Below are positions 61,913 through 64,000 of a stretch of DNA of 64,000 nucleotides, one piece after another. The stretch comes from Octopus bimaculoides (Eukaryota). Position 1 is the first letter of the stretch, and the number at the start of each line of letters is the position of its first letter. The notes beneath the pieces are model-generated. The model searched no databases and had not been told where the DNA came from. It was given only the letters and a program-made list of their open reading frames with translations. The stretch is from NCBI RefSeq assembly GCF_001194135.2, contig NC_068994.1, positions 9,309,045 through 9,373,044 on the forward strand, written 5' to 3'. The translations under genes were made by a program, and so were the position numbers.

Positions 61913-64000
61913 TAAGTATGAAGAAGTGATTTCCTAAGAATTACAGCCGGATTCTACAAGTAGAAAGTGAATTGAAAGGAAGCGACAGAGGGCTGAACCG
62001 ACATTTCAGAGTTTTTCGCTTTGAAACCAAACGGGATTTACATTGATGGGATTAAAAAGCTTGTACATTGTGTGTTCGATTCAGGCCGGCGCGTTTTTCT
62101 TCTGGAGCAAATCGATAGAATGCGCATTGTGACAAATGAGGAGTAAAAGTACCTGTACGTATGTATATATCTGTGTATATAAATGCATATATTTATATTT
62201 AAATGTATGTGTGNNNNNNNNNNNNNNNNNNNNNNNNNNNNNNNNNNNNNNNNNNNNNNNNNNNNNNNNNNNNNNNNNNNNNNNNNNNNNNNNNNNNNNN
62301 NNNNNNNNNNNNNNNNNNNNNNNNNNNNNNNNNNTATGTTATATAAATTGTATATCTTTTAATTTTCTCTATAAAATACGCTCAAAGATTCAATGATGAT
62401 ACATTAATCGCACATGTGAAGTTTTGAAAAGAAATTTCACGTAATACCTGAAAATAAAATACAGTTAATGATAAATATATGAGATCACCTACAAGTATAT
62501 TATTTTTCAACTTTGTTTGACGCTTCCTGTTCTCAAAAGCAATTAATAAGGCCAATTTTCATTGGGTATTATACAAGCGTACAGTATTTTCTAGCATTAC
62601 TTGATTTTTAAATTAAGATTTATGATAAAATGTAAACAATCTCGTATATAATGTAAATTTACGCTCACAATATAAGCACTATTGATAATAACACTAAAAT
62701 CAATTAGAAAAACATTTATGAAATATTTATTTCATAGTCTGAACCAAGAAGTAAATTATATTGCACATAAGAAAACTATTTAAAATGTTCAACAAATATT
62801 CATAAAATTATACAACCGTAAATACTAATATTGTTATTAATATATCATTTTGTGTTGAAAAATCAAATGGGTTTCTTAATTCATTCTAGTAATCGATATC
62901 AATTAATAAAACTTTTCATACCGTTTTAAAGTGGGAATTATTCTTTACACAAACTAATGGCGAATCCAATTCTAGCCACACTCTATATGTATAACTGCGT
63001 ATGCCTGGGCGCGCACGCGCGTGCGTTTGTGTAAATTAATCTTTTTTGCGGTATCGTAAAATATTCTCGCATAGAATCTACTCACTACACAACGAATATA
63101 TAGAGAAATGATAAAATGATAAGAAATTCGATCATAGTATATTTTCATAATTCTCCTTTACACTTCACTTAAGCATACAAGACCATAATAAAAGAAAAAT
63201 AGCCGAGGTAGATCTTTAAGTGTTTTGACTCAACCCAGATATATATAATTAGAACCGGCTGATGAACGATTACATTTAAGAAATATTGGTTTTAATGATA
63301 TACGTATATATACATGAATACATATATACGCACGTGGTTGTGTGTATGTGTGTGTGTCTCTGTGCATGTGTGAAAGTGTTAAGTATATATATATTCCTGT
63401 ACATAATTATATAGAGCATGGTAACTTGTTCATCGTCAAAATGTACTTTACTTACGTTACAACTTTATACACGATGTTATTATAATTTTCATGACCTACA
63501 CGTGTTACAGTTATCACTGCACATACTAGGGTCAGTTACACATGCCTCCTGGCAGCGCAGTTTCTTCAGGGTGTATACTTGTACATACATACGCATGTTG
63601 TGGTGACTATATTGGTGTATATTTCTCTGTTTCTACGAATTTCTAGAAAGAAATATCCCACCACCTTGCTTCATATTTCTTTTCTTATATCCTTATATCT
63701 AATATAGAATACAATACGCTTCAAGCATAGAAGCGCACAAGTAATCGCTTTGACGTAATGGATATCAGAAGAAAAAAAAATGTACCTCTGATTGAGCGTG
63801 GATACAATTTAATATTATACTGACCCACCGCCTACATCCTAGAAACATTTAAAATTGTAATGGACCCACACATGAAGTCGCATTAAAAATGTGCATGTAT
63901 AATGCATGGCATTGAAATGCGCATGTATATTCATAACACATCCTCTTTCGTATATACATAAAAAATACACCCATTTATATGTACATGTATGCATATATAT

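Noticed and set aside
5179-62396. All long ORFs of the track containing X runs (for example 21672-22733, 25343-26503, 33503-34786, 38488-39702)
   Set aside because: They are open only because N-gaps contain no stops. The flanking YIYI/CVCV/THTH/LSLS peptides are microsatellite translations.

Overview
AT-rich, microsatellite-saturated eukaryotic DNA with about 30 N-gaps, most of them abutting (AT)n tracts. It is very probably from an octopod cephalopod draft assembly (inferred from the tRNA-derived SINE families and the microsatellite load). I cannot support any intact host protein-coding gene. All long ORFs in the track are N-gap or microsatellite artefacts, or decayed transposon fragments. 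The recognisable content is a transposon graveyard: a near full-length mellifera-like mariner (48654-49802), a near full-length Tigger/pogo (about 36510-38585), a second mariner 3' fragment, 5' and 3' pieces of Dong/R4-like retroelements beside (AAT)n arrays, two RTE-like LINE fragments, several Penelope-like element (PLE) remnants, and many SINEs. The best leads are a PLE-associated minimal hammerhead ribozyme with a non-canonical core (17954-17995, minus), a 62-nt near-perfect hairpin of pre-miRNA size (23813-23874), and the insect-type mariner as a horizontal-transfer candidate. I found no convincing novel multi-gene system. Family assignments rest on motifs recalled from memory, not on database searches.
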